Source: Batkoa obscura (Eukaryota). From it: a stretch of 64,000 nucleotides of DNA. Location: NCBI GenBank assembly GCA_030770535.1, contig JASVEC010000021.1, positions 620,001-684,000 of the forward strand, in the 5' to 3' direction. Position numbers and translations under genes: made by a program. Shown piece after piece: positions 1 through 10,545 of this stretch (the first letter of the stretch is position 1; each line of letters opens with the position of its first letter). Under the pieces are notes generated by a model. It was not told the origin of the DNA and did no database searches. It was given only the letters and a program-made list of their open reading frames with translations.

Positions 1-783
1 ATCAAATATAAATTTATGTTTATCAATATAACCTGTTAGATCTACTTTAACTCTATAATAATAAAAATATATTAATCCTCATTCATATTTGCTTCATAAT
101 CAATAAAAATATTACTTAGGTTCCATTAAAGTTAAAGCCCTTCTATTAATAATATGCACAATATCACTATCTTTTCGGTTAACTTCTCTAGAATTCAAGG
201 GTCTTTTTCTTACACAAACTCTTATTTTCTCCGCCAAATCTTGACTTAACCTTGAAGTTAACTTACCAATACTTTTTCTCTCTTTTATAGGTATACCGTA
301 CGCATCTAAAGCATACCCTTTTTCTACAGGCTTTTGTGTGCTCTTTACTTCTCTCAAATTCATCGATCTGTTATGTGATTTTGGTCCGGAACTTGCTTTT
401 TGCTGAATTGGTTTCGTACCAGTTGAACTCGATCCAGTTTTCCTTGGTGTCGTTTTCGTTTCTGAAGAGCGAGAGTTCCGTATACGTTGCACTAAATTTA
501 ACATACTTCGCTTTTCCCTAGAACCGGATATACCAAGACGATCATAATCCGTCATACTTATCTATAATTGGATTGTTAATAATAATCACAATTAGATAAA
601 ATTATTTTTTTATATCTTACTTTTAATAAATCTTCAGGTTCGATAGCACCAGCATTTAATAGACTATAAGAATTAAATTATTGATTATTATACGTTGAGA
701 ATTAAGGATACTAAATATATTTACTTAGAATAGACTCCTTCTAACCCATTTTCTAATAATAAACTCAATAAAGCTGCACTCAT
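1..783 (-). CDS. Kinesin-13 family motor with N-terminal SAM-like domain, 5' part (continues past window start)
   Basis: ATG at 783; exons ~783-725, ~663-621, ~561-115, ~52-1 joined by GT-AG introns. They give MSAALLSLLLENGLEGVYSNLLNAGAIEPEDLLKISMTDYDRLGI (SAM-like), then KIRVCVRKRPLN and EPKVKVDLTGYIDKHKFIFD (kinesin-13 KVD finger). Confidence 0.9.
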
Positions 784-1426
784 AATATTTTTGGTTTGAA
801 ATTTATAAAAGGAGTTAAGATATAAATTTTTTATTTTTTATGTTTTTAAAAAGTTGATTGTTTAAAAATAAGCTGTTTTATTGGCTGGAGTATTTTTTAA
901 ATTTATTAGAGTTAGAGTTGGAGAATGTGCTGATGTGGTTATAATAGTGAAGTAAGAAAAAAATAGAATTGATTGAATTAATCAAGAATAAATTTTTATG
1001 AATTAAATAAAGGGTCCATAATAAAATAACATAATTTATAGTTAGTTGTATTAATATATTAATAATATTTGAGTATTGAATATCACAAGGTTAGTTTAAT
1101 TTATTTATTGCTATTAAAATCACTACTGTTTTATTAAAACCATTATTAGTAACACTCATCAAATTTAATAAAAATAAGTATAAGAAATAATACTGACACA
1201 ATAAGTTAAAGTCAATATTAAAATTGGTATCAAGCTTAAAGATAAAAATAAAAAAATCAGAAATCAAATTTCTACTATATAACTATACCTATTTCAAGAA
1301 ATATTGTTAAAATTTAGTGATATATCCCAATCTATCACTTTTAAGTAACTCAAAAGTCTTGCATCTTATTACAACCTTAAAAATTTATAAATCTCACTAC
1401 TTTCTATTATTTTATTCTTCCGCCTA

Positions 1427-1990
1427 TTACCAATTTACAATACTCTTCATTTCAGTATTATCCACAATGCCTTTATCAAGGGCTTCTTTTCCACTTATCC
1501 TTTTACCTTGTAAAATCAGATCTCTTAAATCCTTACTATTAGGAACTGAAGTCTTCAATATTGACATCATACCAGGAGATAAAGCACTAGGTAAATCAAT
1601 TTCTGGCATACATAAAAATCCACGATCTTGTCGCATCACTTTGTAGTCATGACATAAAGCTAACATCATACCACCTGCAAATGCATGACCATTAATAGCT
1701 GCTACAGTTGCAAAAGGAAGATTGAGTACTCGTAAACATAATTGATGATAGTAATTCTCAAAGAAATCAGTAGTGCTTATTTTTCCTGACATTATTAATT
1801 CAAAATCTAGACCATTAGAATAAATATGACCATTTCCTATGGTGACTAAGGCGGCACCAGTAAGTGACTTGGATGCTTTGATATCTTCTTGACGTATTGT
1901 TAAAAAATCTTGCTCAATTTCATCCATAGCTTGAATCAATACAGGAATTGTTGCTGGTGTCAATCGATTGTCTTTGTTTGTAAGCTTCAT
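1427..1990 (-). CDS. Enoyl-CoA hydratase/isomerase (crotonase) family, delta3-delta2 enoyl-CoA isomerase-like; both termini uncertain, possibly disabled
   Basis: Crotonase motifs DNRLTP, YSNGLD, TVAAINGHAFAGGMMLALCHD, GFLCMPEID, EALDKGIVD. Coding-like sequence extends to an ATG at 2122 and a TAA at 1307. Confidence 0.8.
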   Translation of the reverse strand: MKLTNKDNRLTPATIPVLIQAMDEIEQDFLTIRQEDIKASKSLTGAALVTIGNGHIYSNGLDFELIMSGKISTTDFFENYYHQLCLRVLNLPFATVAAINGHAFAGGMMLALCHDYKVMRQDRGFLCMPEIDLPSALSPGMMSILKTSVPNSKDLRDLILQGKRISGKEALDKGIVDNTEMKSIVNW

Positions 1991-3509
1991 GACGTAAATA
2001 TTTCCTTGTTTTTGTACTTCAGCAATAATAGTACCATCATTGAGTGAATAACCAACTTTAGTTTGGTTATTGTATTTTAATGTTATGTTTTATGTTAGGC
2101 TAGTTTGTAATGCTACAACCATTCTATTTTATACTCTTTTTCTGGATAAAAATATTAAAATTAAATAAATTTAGTTTTTTGAATAAACTTTATTCAATAA
2201 TTCAAAAAAGTTATACTATAGGATAAATTTAAAAAGACTAGGAGTATCATATTAGTGTCAATGATTGTTAGCAATTAATAATCAAAATTTAAGTTTGATT
2301 GGTATTGAATATTCAGTAAAGGAGATAATTGATAGGAACAAGGTAAAATCAATGAAAGCTAGAAATTACAGCTTATTTGATTCTTAAACTGATCGATTAT
2401 ATAAAAATCAATATTGGACAGTAGTTTTCTAATCTTAAACCTGAAAAGGCAAATCTCTTTATAGATTGGAAATTAATATAAGTAAAGTTGGAAGACCAGT
2501 TGAATATAAAGTCAATGCCTTTGAAGTTGAGTTCTGTTGATTTCATGGATAGGTAAGTGTCATTGAGTCAAGCTATATTGAACAAAATTAGAAAGTCATA
2601 TTATTGTACTATCTATTCTAATCTTTTTTTAAAGCTATGATTTTGTTTATTTTATTATAATGTAACAAACTATGAAAATCACATCTTGACTTTTTCCAAA
2701 CCTTTTTAAATAACTGAAACTTATTTACCGACTGATAAATAGCAACACTGCTTCAACTGCTTTTGCTGCGTTGCCTATGCGCTAGTGAGTTTGCAAAAGC
2801 AAAGAATTAAATATGAGAATCAGGTCAATATTAAAAGCCGTTTAATTCTCTAATCAACATCTATATGATTCATCTGCAAAGTCAAATCTATGTTGGAAAA
2901 ACTAAACTTTGATAATGGACGAGGTCAGGTGGAGTATTGCTTTGAGGGACTTGCTAAGAGATTAATAATAAAGACAATTTTGTAAACAAGCAAAAAAGTA
3001 TTTTTGATACAAAGTAGTTTGTTTAAAAATGTCTGAATTATACATTTGAATTACAGCGTAAAGTACAAATAAGTTGTAATTGTTATCAGACAATCATTAG
3101 CCCAGTGTCCTCATGTTAGTCATTATAACACTCCTATAGATTCACAAAAGCCTGTTTTCCTGTGTCTCTTACGTTGTATAATAGCTTAATGTACTCAAAC
3201 ATACTTTATTAACTTAGCTATAAGTAACTAAAGATTTCGTTATCTAAACCTTATATAAAAGAAGATTATAAGATAAAATAAACTTTTTATTAATTTGTCA
3301 TTTTTATACTTTTTCTTTTACGCAATACTTTATTAGCCAATAAATTGCTGATAAAAAATTTAATGGGTGGCTAACTTTGAACGAATAGGAGCAGTTTATT
3401 GGTTGCTATGAAATCAATGAGACCATGAACTCCACGTTAATTTAGCTGAAAATAAAACTTCAAAAAACTAATTTTTTAAAACAAACAAAACAAATAATAA
3501 TAAAATAAG

Positions 3510-3900
3510 ATGGGATTTAATGGTATAGTTTTAAGTCAAGGATTTTCCGTATTTTTAAGTATCATCAGTGTAATTGGAATTGTTTTTTTGGTAAGTTTGT
3601 AAAGGTTAATTATAGTTATTTAAGACATTAAATTATGATTCTTTTTTTAAAACAAAATATAGTCCGTCGTTGGTCGATTACATGAAATTGGTTTCCCAGC
3701 GTTTACTGAAACTGTAAGTAGTTTTGATGATCCTAAAGCTGTTGCTCATTCTTGTTATGTCGCTGCTCTTATTTATGTTGGCGTTTTGATCTTTAGTGGT
3801 TTTCAGGTAAATAATTTTTATTTATTAATCTGATAATTATTAATCTGGAATTTAGGTTTTCCTTCACTCTCGTAAATCTCAAAATGCTTTGAGGTTATAA
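3510..3900 (+). CDS. V-ATPase V0 subunit f / RNase kappa (RNASEK)-like small membrane protein, 89 aa, 3 exons
   Basis: Exons 3510-3590, 3663-3806, 3856-3900 with GTAAG/GTAAA...TAG introns. Product MGFNGIVLSQGFSVFLSIISVIGIVFLSVVGRLHEIGFPAFTETVSSFDDPKAVAHSCYVAALIYVGVLIFSGFQVFLHSRKSQNALRL has two TM helices and the DP..VA..C..AA.IY pattern. Not in the ORF track. Confidence 0.85.
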
Positions 3901-4145
3901 ATCAGAGTTTTTTGCTTCAACTTTTTATTAAATAACTATATTTTTTATTATACTTTTTTTGTTTCATTATTATCTTTTATGGATTATAGTAGGTTTTTAA
4001 GTCTTAAACTTAATGAGTAAATATTTTGTTTAGTTAAAGTGAGTTCAAGGAAAAACAAAGACAATTGAGCTCAATCACGATGATTTAATATAAATATAGA
4101 AAATGGGAAAGAAAGTTCAATATAAAATTATCAAGTATTAAAAGT

Positions 4146-5108
4146 TTATTCTTCAATTAGGAATTTATCCGAAGTAGATAAAACACCAAGTCTAAATAAA
4201 TAAAAATTAATTCTAACTCAAATAAACAATTAAAATTCTACTCACCTTAACAATACAGCTTCTGTATTTTGCAAATTAATATTCTTTGAATTAAATTCAT
4301 CAATGAATCTTATTAAATTATGTTCCAATTGATTATTTCTATAAACTAATATACTTGGTAATACAATATCATCAAATTTTGATGAAGTTATACTTGCTTT
4401 AATTTCACAAAATTTGGCATAGCCATACACTTTACTAAGTTGTACTAATACTTGATGTAACTCTTGACATTCTGAAATATGCTATTAAAAAAGAGATTAA
4501 GTAAATAATAATAATAATATAACATTCTTTACTTTTTCATATAAATGTATAATGACTGGAACTTCTCTGTCAACATTAGAAATGTTATCGTTATAATTGA
4601 ATAATTCTAATGTAAAAATTTGACCAAAGCTTTGTTTCATCTCTTTTTTTAAACTTTCAATTCTTTTTTGTTTGTATAGTTTAAAAAACTCTTCATCTTC
4701 GAGTTCTAAATCAAACTCATCAATTATGTTATTATTATCATTAATTGAGTCAATGTTGACATCATTGTTAATTTTATTTAAACTTGAACTCTCTTTTTGT
4801 TGTTGTATTTTTTTAAAATAACGATAATCGGCTATCACTCCTTTAGGCCCCGTCATATTCCCTTTTTCTCGATAATTGATGTATTCTTGGACCTCCTAAT
4901 TTTTATTTAGTGATTTATTAAAAATATTAAAACTTACATCTTCTTTCCCATTTTTATTTTTATTTTTATTTTCAAATTCATCTAATTCATCGTAATCTTC
5001 TCTTTCTTCTTCCTTCTCATCCTCTCGCTGTCTCTCTTTTTCTTTATCATTTTCTCGGTCTTCATCAATAAAATTTATTGTATTGATTATATTATCTAAA
5101 TTGGACAT
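4146..5108 (-). CDS. Phosducin-like protein (PhLP1 type), 4 exons
   Basis: TGPKGVIADYR motif, acidic helical region, thioredoxin-like VIIHLYE..C...AKFCEI..LPSILVYRNNQL. Three ORF-track pieces plus a last exon (4191-4146) join through GT-AG introns. Confidence 0.88.
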
Positions 5109-5844
5109 TTGGAAATTTAAAAATATGAAAAATGATTAAAGATTTTAAAATTATAAAATCTTGGTGATGTGACTTTAAAAGCTGGAATTTGAAATTTTAA
5201 AAGATTCTTAAGAATGATTGTAATTCAAGTGAAAAAATAAACGGATTTTATTTAATAGATATACCAAATCATAAAGTAATATAAAAACAATGATTAAACG
5301 GCCTGGGCTTTGTCTCTTCTCTATAAACCTTAAATTGGTTGATCTTATTAAATAAAATACTTGGAGGTCTTGCGACTCATTCAATACTATAGAAAACCAC
5401 TAATAAAAAACTCTACAATAGAAGTTTTCAATAGAAAATAAAGTTTATAGTTTTATATATAATAGAATATAATAACGATGATAGCGAATTAATGAATATT
5501 TGGATGCTTTGTGGTGAAAATCTCATGATAATATAGATGAGATTACAAAAGATACAAAACCACATTAAATTGCGATATTATAGATACTGACAATAAAAGG
5601 ATTAAAGTATAACACCGATAGTTAGCTATATAGTTATGATGCAAGTAGAAGATGTATTAATTTGTATATTATAATGCAATACTAACAATAGTAATTGCTT
5701 ACAAGTGATTGTGTTAAAAATAAGGACTTTATGATGCACATACAATATATGGATATAAAATAAATTGATAAAGCTCCAATACAATTTTTTTAGAACAATT
5801 TTATTTAAATAGAATAATAAGGGCAGACTATAGCTAGAGGTATC

Positions 5845-6276
5845 TTAAGAGATTTGAATCTTACGTTGAGTTGAAGAAGTATCGCGTGGGATAATAATTT
5901 CTAAGACACCATTATCATACTTGGCCTTAACATCATCAGCGCGGGTACCATGTGGTAGAGATAAAGTACGACTAAAGCTACCATAACTACGTTCACTATA
6001 AGTAGCATCTCCTTCTTTATGAGTTTCATCTCTCTTCTTAGTACCTGAGATAGTAATTTGACGTAAGTTATCTGAGAAATCAATATGTAAATCTTCTTTC
6101 TTAAAGCCAGGAAGCTCAGCATTAACAGTTACTTTATCTTCTTTGCTATAAACATCGACTTTTGGTGAAAGGTCTTGGAAGTAGCTAGAGCCATGTAGTA
6201 ATGGACTAAATAGTCCATGATCACTACTAAATGGATGGAATAATGAGTTTTCTTGATTTGATCTTCTTAATGACAT
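5845..6276 (-). CDS. Small heat shock protein HSP20 (type A, copy 1), 143 aa
   Basis: Alpha-crystallin domain: PKVDV, AELPGFKKEDL, ERSYGSFSRTLSLP, AKYDNGVLEIIIP. Confidence 0.96.
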   Translation of the reverse strand: MSLRRSNQENSLFHPFSSDHGLFSPLLHGSSYFQDLSPKVDVYSKEDKVTVNAELPGFKKEDLHIDFSDNLRQITISGTKKRDETHKEGDATYSERSYGSFSRTLSLPHGTRADDVKAKYDNGVLEIIIPRDTSSTQRKIQIS

Positions 6277-6528
6277 TTTATTTAATAATCGACTAAATTT
6301 TTATGTTGTTTATCTTTGATTTTTCATCCATTATATACTTTTTCAAAACAATATTATTAGCTTATAACCATATTATACGTAACAACAATTTCATAATTTC
6401 TTTATATTTACGTCACACTTGAAAAAGTATCTAAAAAGTATATTATTATCCAATTATTCTGCATCTAGAGGTTTCTCTTCTAGTTTTATTGATTGATTTT
6501 AGAATTTGCAAAAAGTATTATAAAATTA

Positions 6529-6548
6529 GGAAATTTCTAGCAATTTCG
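6529..6548. promoter_or_regulatory. Heat shock element (alternating nGAAn units) in the shared HSP20 promoter
   Basis: gGAAa tTTCt aGcAa tTTCg lies midway between the divergent genes, with TATA-like boxes at ~6331 (minus) and 6730 (plus). Confidence 0.65.
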
Positions 6549-6795
6549 AAACTTTTAGACAAGAATATCAACTTAGCTAGAAAAACCCTACTAAATTTGG
6601 AAGTATAAAGAACCAACAAAATAAAACATCTTCATTGTAGCTTATACTATACATAATAAGTTTTGTTTAGAAGACACTCGAAAATATTAGATTCAGATGC
6701 TTGGTATTTCAATAAGCATTAACGAAATGTATATAAATAAAATCAAATTGAATTTATTTTAGATAAAAATTTATAACAATAACTAACAATAAAAC

Positions 6796-7251
6796 ATGTC
6801 ATTAAGTCGATTTTTAAGAAGTTCACTTCAACCATTTGAACATCTACATCTATCCCCATTACAACATAGCTTTAGAAATAGAGGTCCACTATTGACTTTT
6901 AATGATAATTGGGATGAGTTTTTAAATCCAAAAGTAGAAGTAATTAGAAAAGACCAGCAAACCATTGTTCAAGCCGAGTTAGCTGGTTTTAATAAAGAAG
7001 ATATTCAAATCAATGTCTCTGAAGATCAACGTCAATTAGTTCTTAGTGGTGAATCTAAAAGAGATAAAACTCATAACGAAGGTGAGATTTCTTATAGTGA
7101 ACGTGAGTATGGTAGCTTTACTCGTAGCTTTACTCTTCCACCTGGTTCTAAAACTGAAGACATTAAGGCTAAATTTGATAATGGCTTATTAGAAGTTATC
7201 ATTCCAAAGGGAGAAATTAAGGAACAGCAACGTCAAATTACTATTGATTAA
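6796..7251 (+). CDS. Small heat shock protein HSP20 (type B, copy 1), 151 aa
   Basis: Alpha-crystallin domain: AELAGFNKEDI, EREYGSFTRSFTLP, AKFDNGLLEVIIPK. Confidence 0.96.
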   Translation: MSLSRFLRSSLQPFEHLHLSPLQHSFRNRGPLLTFNDNWDEFLNPKVEVIRKDQQTIVQAELAGFNKEDIQINVSEDQRQLVLSGESKRDKTHNEGEISYSEREYGSFTRSFTLPPGSKTEDIKAKFDNGLLEVIIPKGEIKEQQRQITID

Positions 7252-7742
7252 GTGAATTAAGCTATCTTATATATATTTTATAAATTTATTTTTTCATTGT
7301 AAATAAAATATTCAAACATAATTCTAACTTTCTACATCATATCAATATCTACATTTGTGTACATTAATGTTTATTTTTATTGATCATTTAATAATAAGAT
7401 CAATTTGAAAATGTAGCTAATTTTTTTTATTTTATGATTATAGCTAATAATATCAAAATTTAGTGATGTATATTACATTTATTTTGAAGTAGACTTGTTA
7501 TTTAATAATGTTATAAGTTATTATCTCTAAACAATATTAGTCATTCTCTTGTATAAAAACATCAGCTTCAAACTAAGCAACTATAAAAGGTAACTTTAGG
7601 ATAAGGTTATCCCCAAAAAATGAATTGAACCAACCAATTGTTGTCGAAATGCAAGAATTGCACAAAAAAATTTTCAAGTGATATAAAATGTACAAAAATT
7701 ACCAGGTTTCATTCTTTTTATAAAAAAGTTAAAAATAACAGA

Positions 7743-9299
7743 ATGGATTTAATTAATGTTGAAGACCAACTATCTGATTTAATATCAGATTGTGCTACTA
7801 CTTTTGAAAAGCCAGAGACAGCAGAGAACTGGAGCAAATATGAGATTAAAATGAAAAAATTAAAGACACAGCTACTCGCAAATGAAGACTATTTGCAATG
7901 TAACAACTTTCAAACTCTATTTTCAAAAATCCATACACCAATAATGAAATCTGTATCTACAGATAGGACACGCTTATCATTAGCCACTCAAGAATTAGTA
8001 TCAGTATTAGCTTTAGGATTGAAACAAGATTTTCAGCCGTATGTAATTAATTTCATAACCACCCTAATCAAAGTATTGGGAAAAAATCGGTTATTACGAG
8101 AAAAGGCATATAAGACACTATCAGATATAGTAGAGAGCTATCCATATCGTGGTATGTTACAAGAGTTTCAAAAAGGGTTAAAGGATAGCAATATTTATGT
8201 TAGAGAAACTTGCATAATTTTAATTGATTCTTTTATTTATAATTGGGAATTGGATTCTACAATGAATTTTTTTGATACTATTGAAAAATGTTTATCACAG
8301 GGCTTATCAGATAAAGACATTAATGTTCGAAATGTTGTGAAACATACATATCAATTGTATACTTATCGTTGTCCAGAAAGGCAGAAGAAAATAGATGGTT
8401 ATTTAAGTGAAGCTATTTTGAAGAATATTCAAAAGTATCCATATCCTACATTAGCAAGGAAACTAAATCGAGAAGTTCAAGTCTTTGAGAAACAAAAAGA
8501 GGATTCAGAAGTTTTAAATAGGTCTCTATTGGAAAAAAGTACAGATCCCATTAAAGAAAGTCAAACTTCTTCTCAGAGTAATAAGCAACAAGAAAGTTCA
8601 AACCCACGCAAAACCATTATTCAATATCCTATGGCTAATTATTCATTGGTAAAATCAAAAATAAGTTCATTTCACAATAAAGAGGTAGTTCAATTCCAAT
8701 GTAAAGGTGAAAGGTTAATTAAAATTAATGAAAAAAGCGATAATTTACAAGATAAGAAGCAGATAACGAAACTTCCAAGTAGATCCAACTCTGCTCTTTC
8801 AACTACCAAATTAGTTAAAAGGACGTTTACAGGGATTAGCAATCCTAGAGTAAGTAGCGTTGATAGCAAACCTAATTTAAAACGTAGCCATGAGACAATG
8901 AAGCAAAAAAGCAGTGTTACTTTAATCACTTCATCTCAAACCAAACCAGCTAAACGTATCATTTCTCATCCTATACCTGATTATTCTTGGGTAAAACCTA
9001 AAGTTCAAACCTTTCGTACACGTGAAGAAACAGAAAAGCTTAATAGTTCTAGTTTATCACTTAAAACTAGATCATCTTCAATTTCAAGTATCAAAGCACC
9101 AACACCAATAATTAAATTACAAAAGAAGAGATCAGTTCAAAGCATCTCAAAACCGGATAATAATGGAAAACATGGAGTAGAGAGTAATGGAAATTCAAGT
9201 CAAAAGCAAGCTAATTTCAATAAAAATGGTTCAGTTAATCACAGTGAACCTAGTGAAGAATCAATTTCTAGAGAATGTAAGCGAACTAAAAGTGAATAA
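7743..9299 (+). CDS. CLASP/Stu1-like protein (one CLASP_N TOG/HEAT domain plus basic Ser-rich tail)
   Basis: ATG at 7743 (the track's 7638 start is TTG). Motifs ETAENW, STDRTRLSLA, KDSNIYVRE, GLSDKDINVR are typical of CLASP_N HEAT repeats. Confidence 0.8.
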   Translation: MDLINVEDQLSDLISDCATTFEKPETAENWSKYEIKMKKLKTQLLANEDYLQCNNFQTLFSKIHTPIMKSVSTDRTRLSLATQELVSVLALGLKQDFQPYVINFITTLIKVLGKNRLLREKAYKTLSDIVESYPYRGMLQEFQKGLKDSNIYVRETCIILIDSFIYNWELDSTMNFFDTIEKCLSQGLSDKDINVRNVVKHTYQLYTYRCPERQKKIDGYLSEAILKNIQKYPYPTLARKLNREVQVFEKQKEDSEVLNRSLLEKSTDPIKESQTSSQSNKQQESSNPRKTIIQYPMANYSLVKSKISSFHNKEVVQFQCKGERLIKINEKSDNLQDKKQITKLPSRSNSALSTTKLVKRTFTGISNPRVSSVDSKPNLKRSHETMKQKSSVTLITSSQTKPAKRIISHPIPDYSWVKPKVQTFRTREETEKLNSSSLSLKTRSSSISSIKAPTPIIKLQKKRSVQSISKPDNNGKHGVESNGNSSQKQANFNKNGSVNHSEPSEESISRECKRTKSE

Positions 9300-10545
9300 A
9301 AAAATTATGATTAAATATAAGGAATCACATTAGATCTTGAATAGCTGGTAATTAAGTATTTATATAAATGAGTCCTATTCTTCTATGCAAAATAATTTAA
9401 AATAAAAAAAGTAAGGCTATTATTTTGTTATTTTTTAACTATTACTTGCTATTACTATTTTAATATGACAAAATTAAACAAATTAACACTAACGAAAAGT
9501 TGAAATGCTTTATTATATAATATAGAGCCTTAATACCTAAATTTTTTATAAATCAAATAATAAATATATTTATAGATAATATAATGTTTGAATATTATTA
9601 ACAATTACTCCTCTTTTAAAGTAACAAACACGGCAATAGCTTCAGCTAATATATTATTTATAATCTTAATTGATTTTGGGTCACTATCAGGATCGGTATT
9701 CCCCAATATAGAAGGATGAAGATGCAAGGAGGTTATGAATGGAAGCAGAAGAAGATAATAGTGGAAGTGCATTGAAAGATGTAATAAAATAAAAGTAAAG
9801 AGTAAAATAGATTTAAAACTTGAATTCTCTTTTAACAGTTTTTATGTTGAATTTAAACTGTAACGTTCAATTTTATTAATTTCATTTTTACATTGATATA
9901 ACTTAACTGAAAATCTTGTGCTTTTTTTAGGCAGTAATACAAAATCATGTTCATTTATTTTTAAAATTCAATCGTGTTCAATTTTGGTCTCTTTAATTGT
10001 TAAAAAAAGAAATTTAAGTTAAAATTAAATTAAAATTTAAGTAAAAATTACTGCAATTTTTTCTTTTATCATTAGATAAAGGTTTCAACAAGTTGCTCAT
10101 AAAACTTGCTTTATTTAGTAATGAGAGAGTTTATATTAATAAAATGAATGCTTTTAGTGTTTTACTAAATAAGTTTTAGAAGTACCTATCTAAAACCTTC
10201 TTCTAGCGTATACTCCTCCTTTTCTTGATCAAAATACACTATTTTACTAACCTTATTGATGGATAAACTTACTAGTTTTCCTTTTTGTACTTTATGTTTA
10301 ACCGAAACTTAAAGCGGATTTTCTCAATTGTGTAAAATTATTAGATTTATCAGATTTAAAATTTTGTAGTATGACGTACAATAAGACAGTGATTTCTATT
10401 TATCCTAATAAAAAGAATAAAAAGACAAACCAATAAGAAACTGAAAGCCGATAATAAAAAGAAGCGAATTGTACATAAAAGTAGAAAATAAACAAAAGCT
10501 CCTTTTTTATTGAAAAAAAAAGAAAATCAAAGCAATACATCAACT

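Larger units (their letters stand above)
5800..7312. repeat. Left arm of ~1.5 kb inverted duplication carrying the HSP20 gene pair
   Basis: Reverse complement of 16147-17659, with about nine substitutions found by eye. Confidence 0.95.

Noticed and set aside
336..521. 61-aa plus-strand ORF
   Set aside because: Antisense shadow of the kinesin exon.
1317..1646. 109-aa plus-strand ORF
   Set aside because: Antisense to the crotonase gene, non-ATG start.
5500..5570. Hairpin AATCTCAT...ATGAGATT with outer TGTGGT/ACCACA
   Set aside because: Short stems in very AT-rich DNA, with no ncRNA boxes I can support.
5901..6122. 73-aa alternate-frame ORF (also at 17337-17558)
   Set aside because: Overlaps HSP20 A; its duplication simply follows the repeat.
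9600..9790. GC-richer coding-like patch
   Set aside because: Under 60 codons in any frame, no recognisable family or exon structure.
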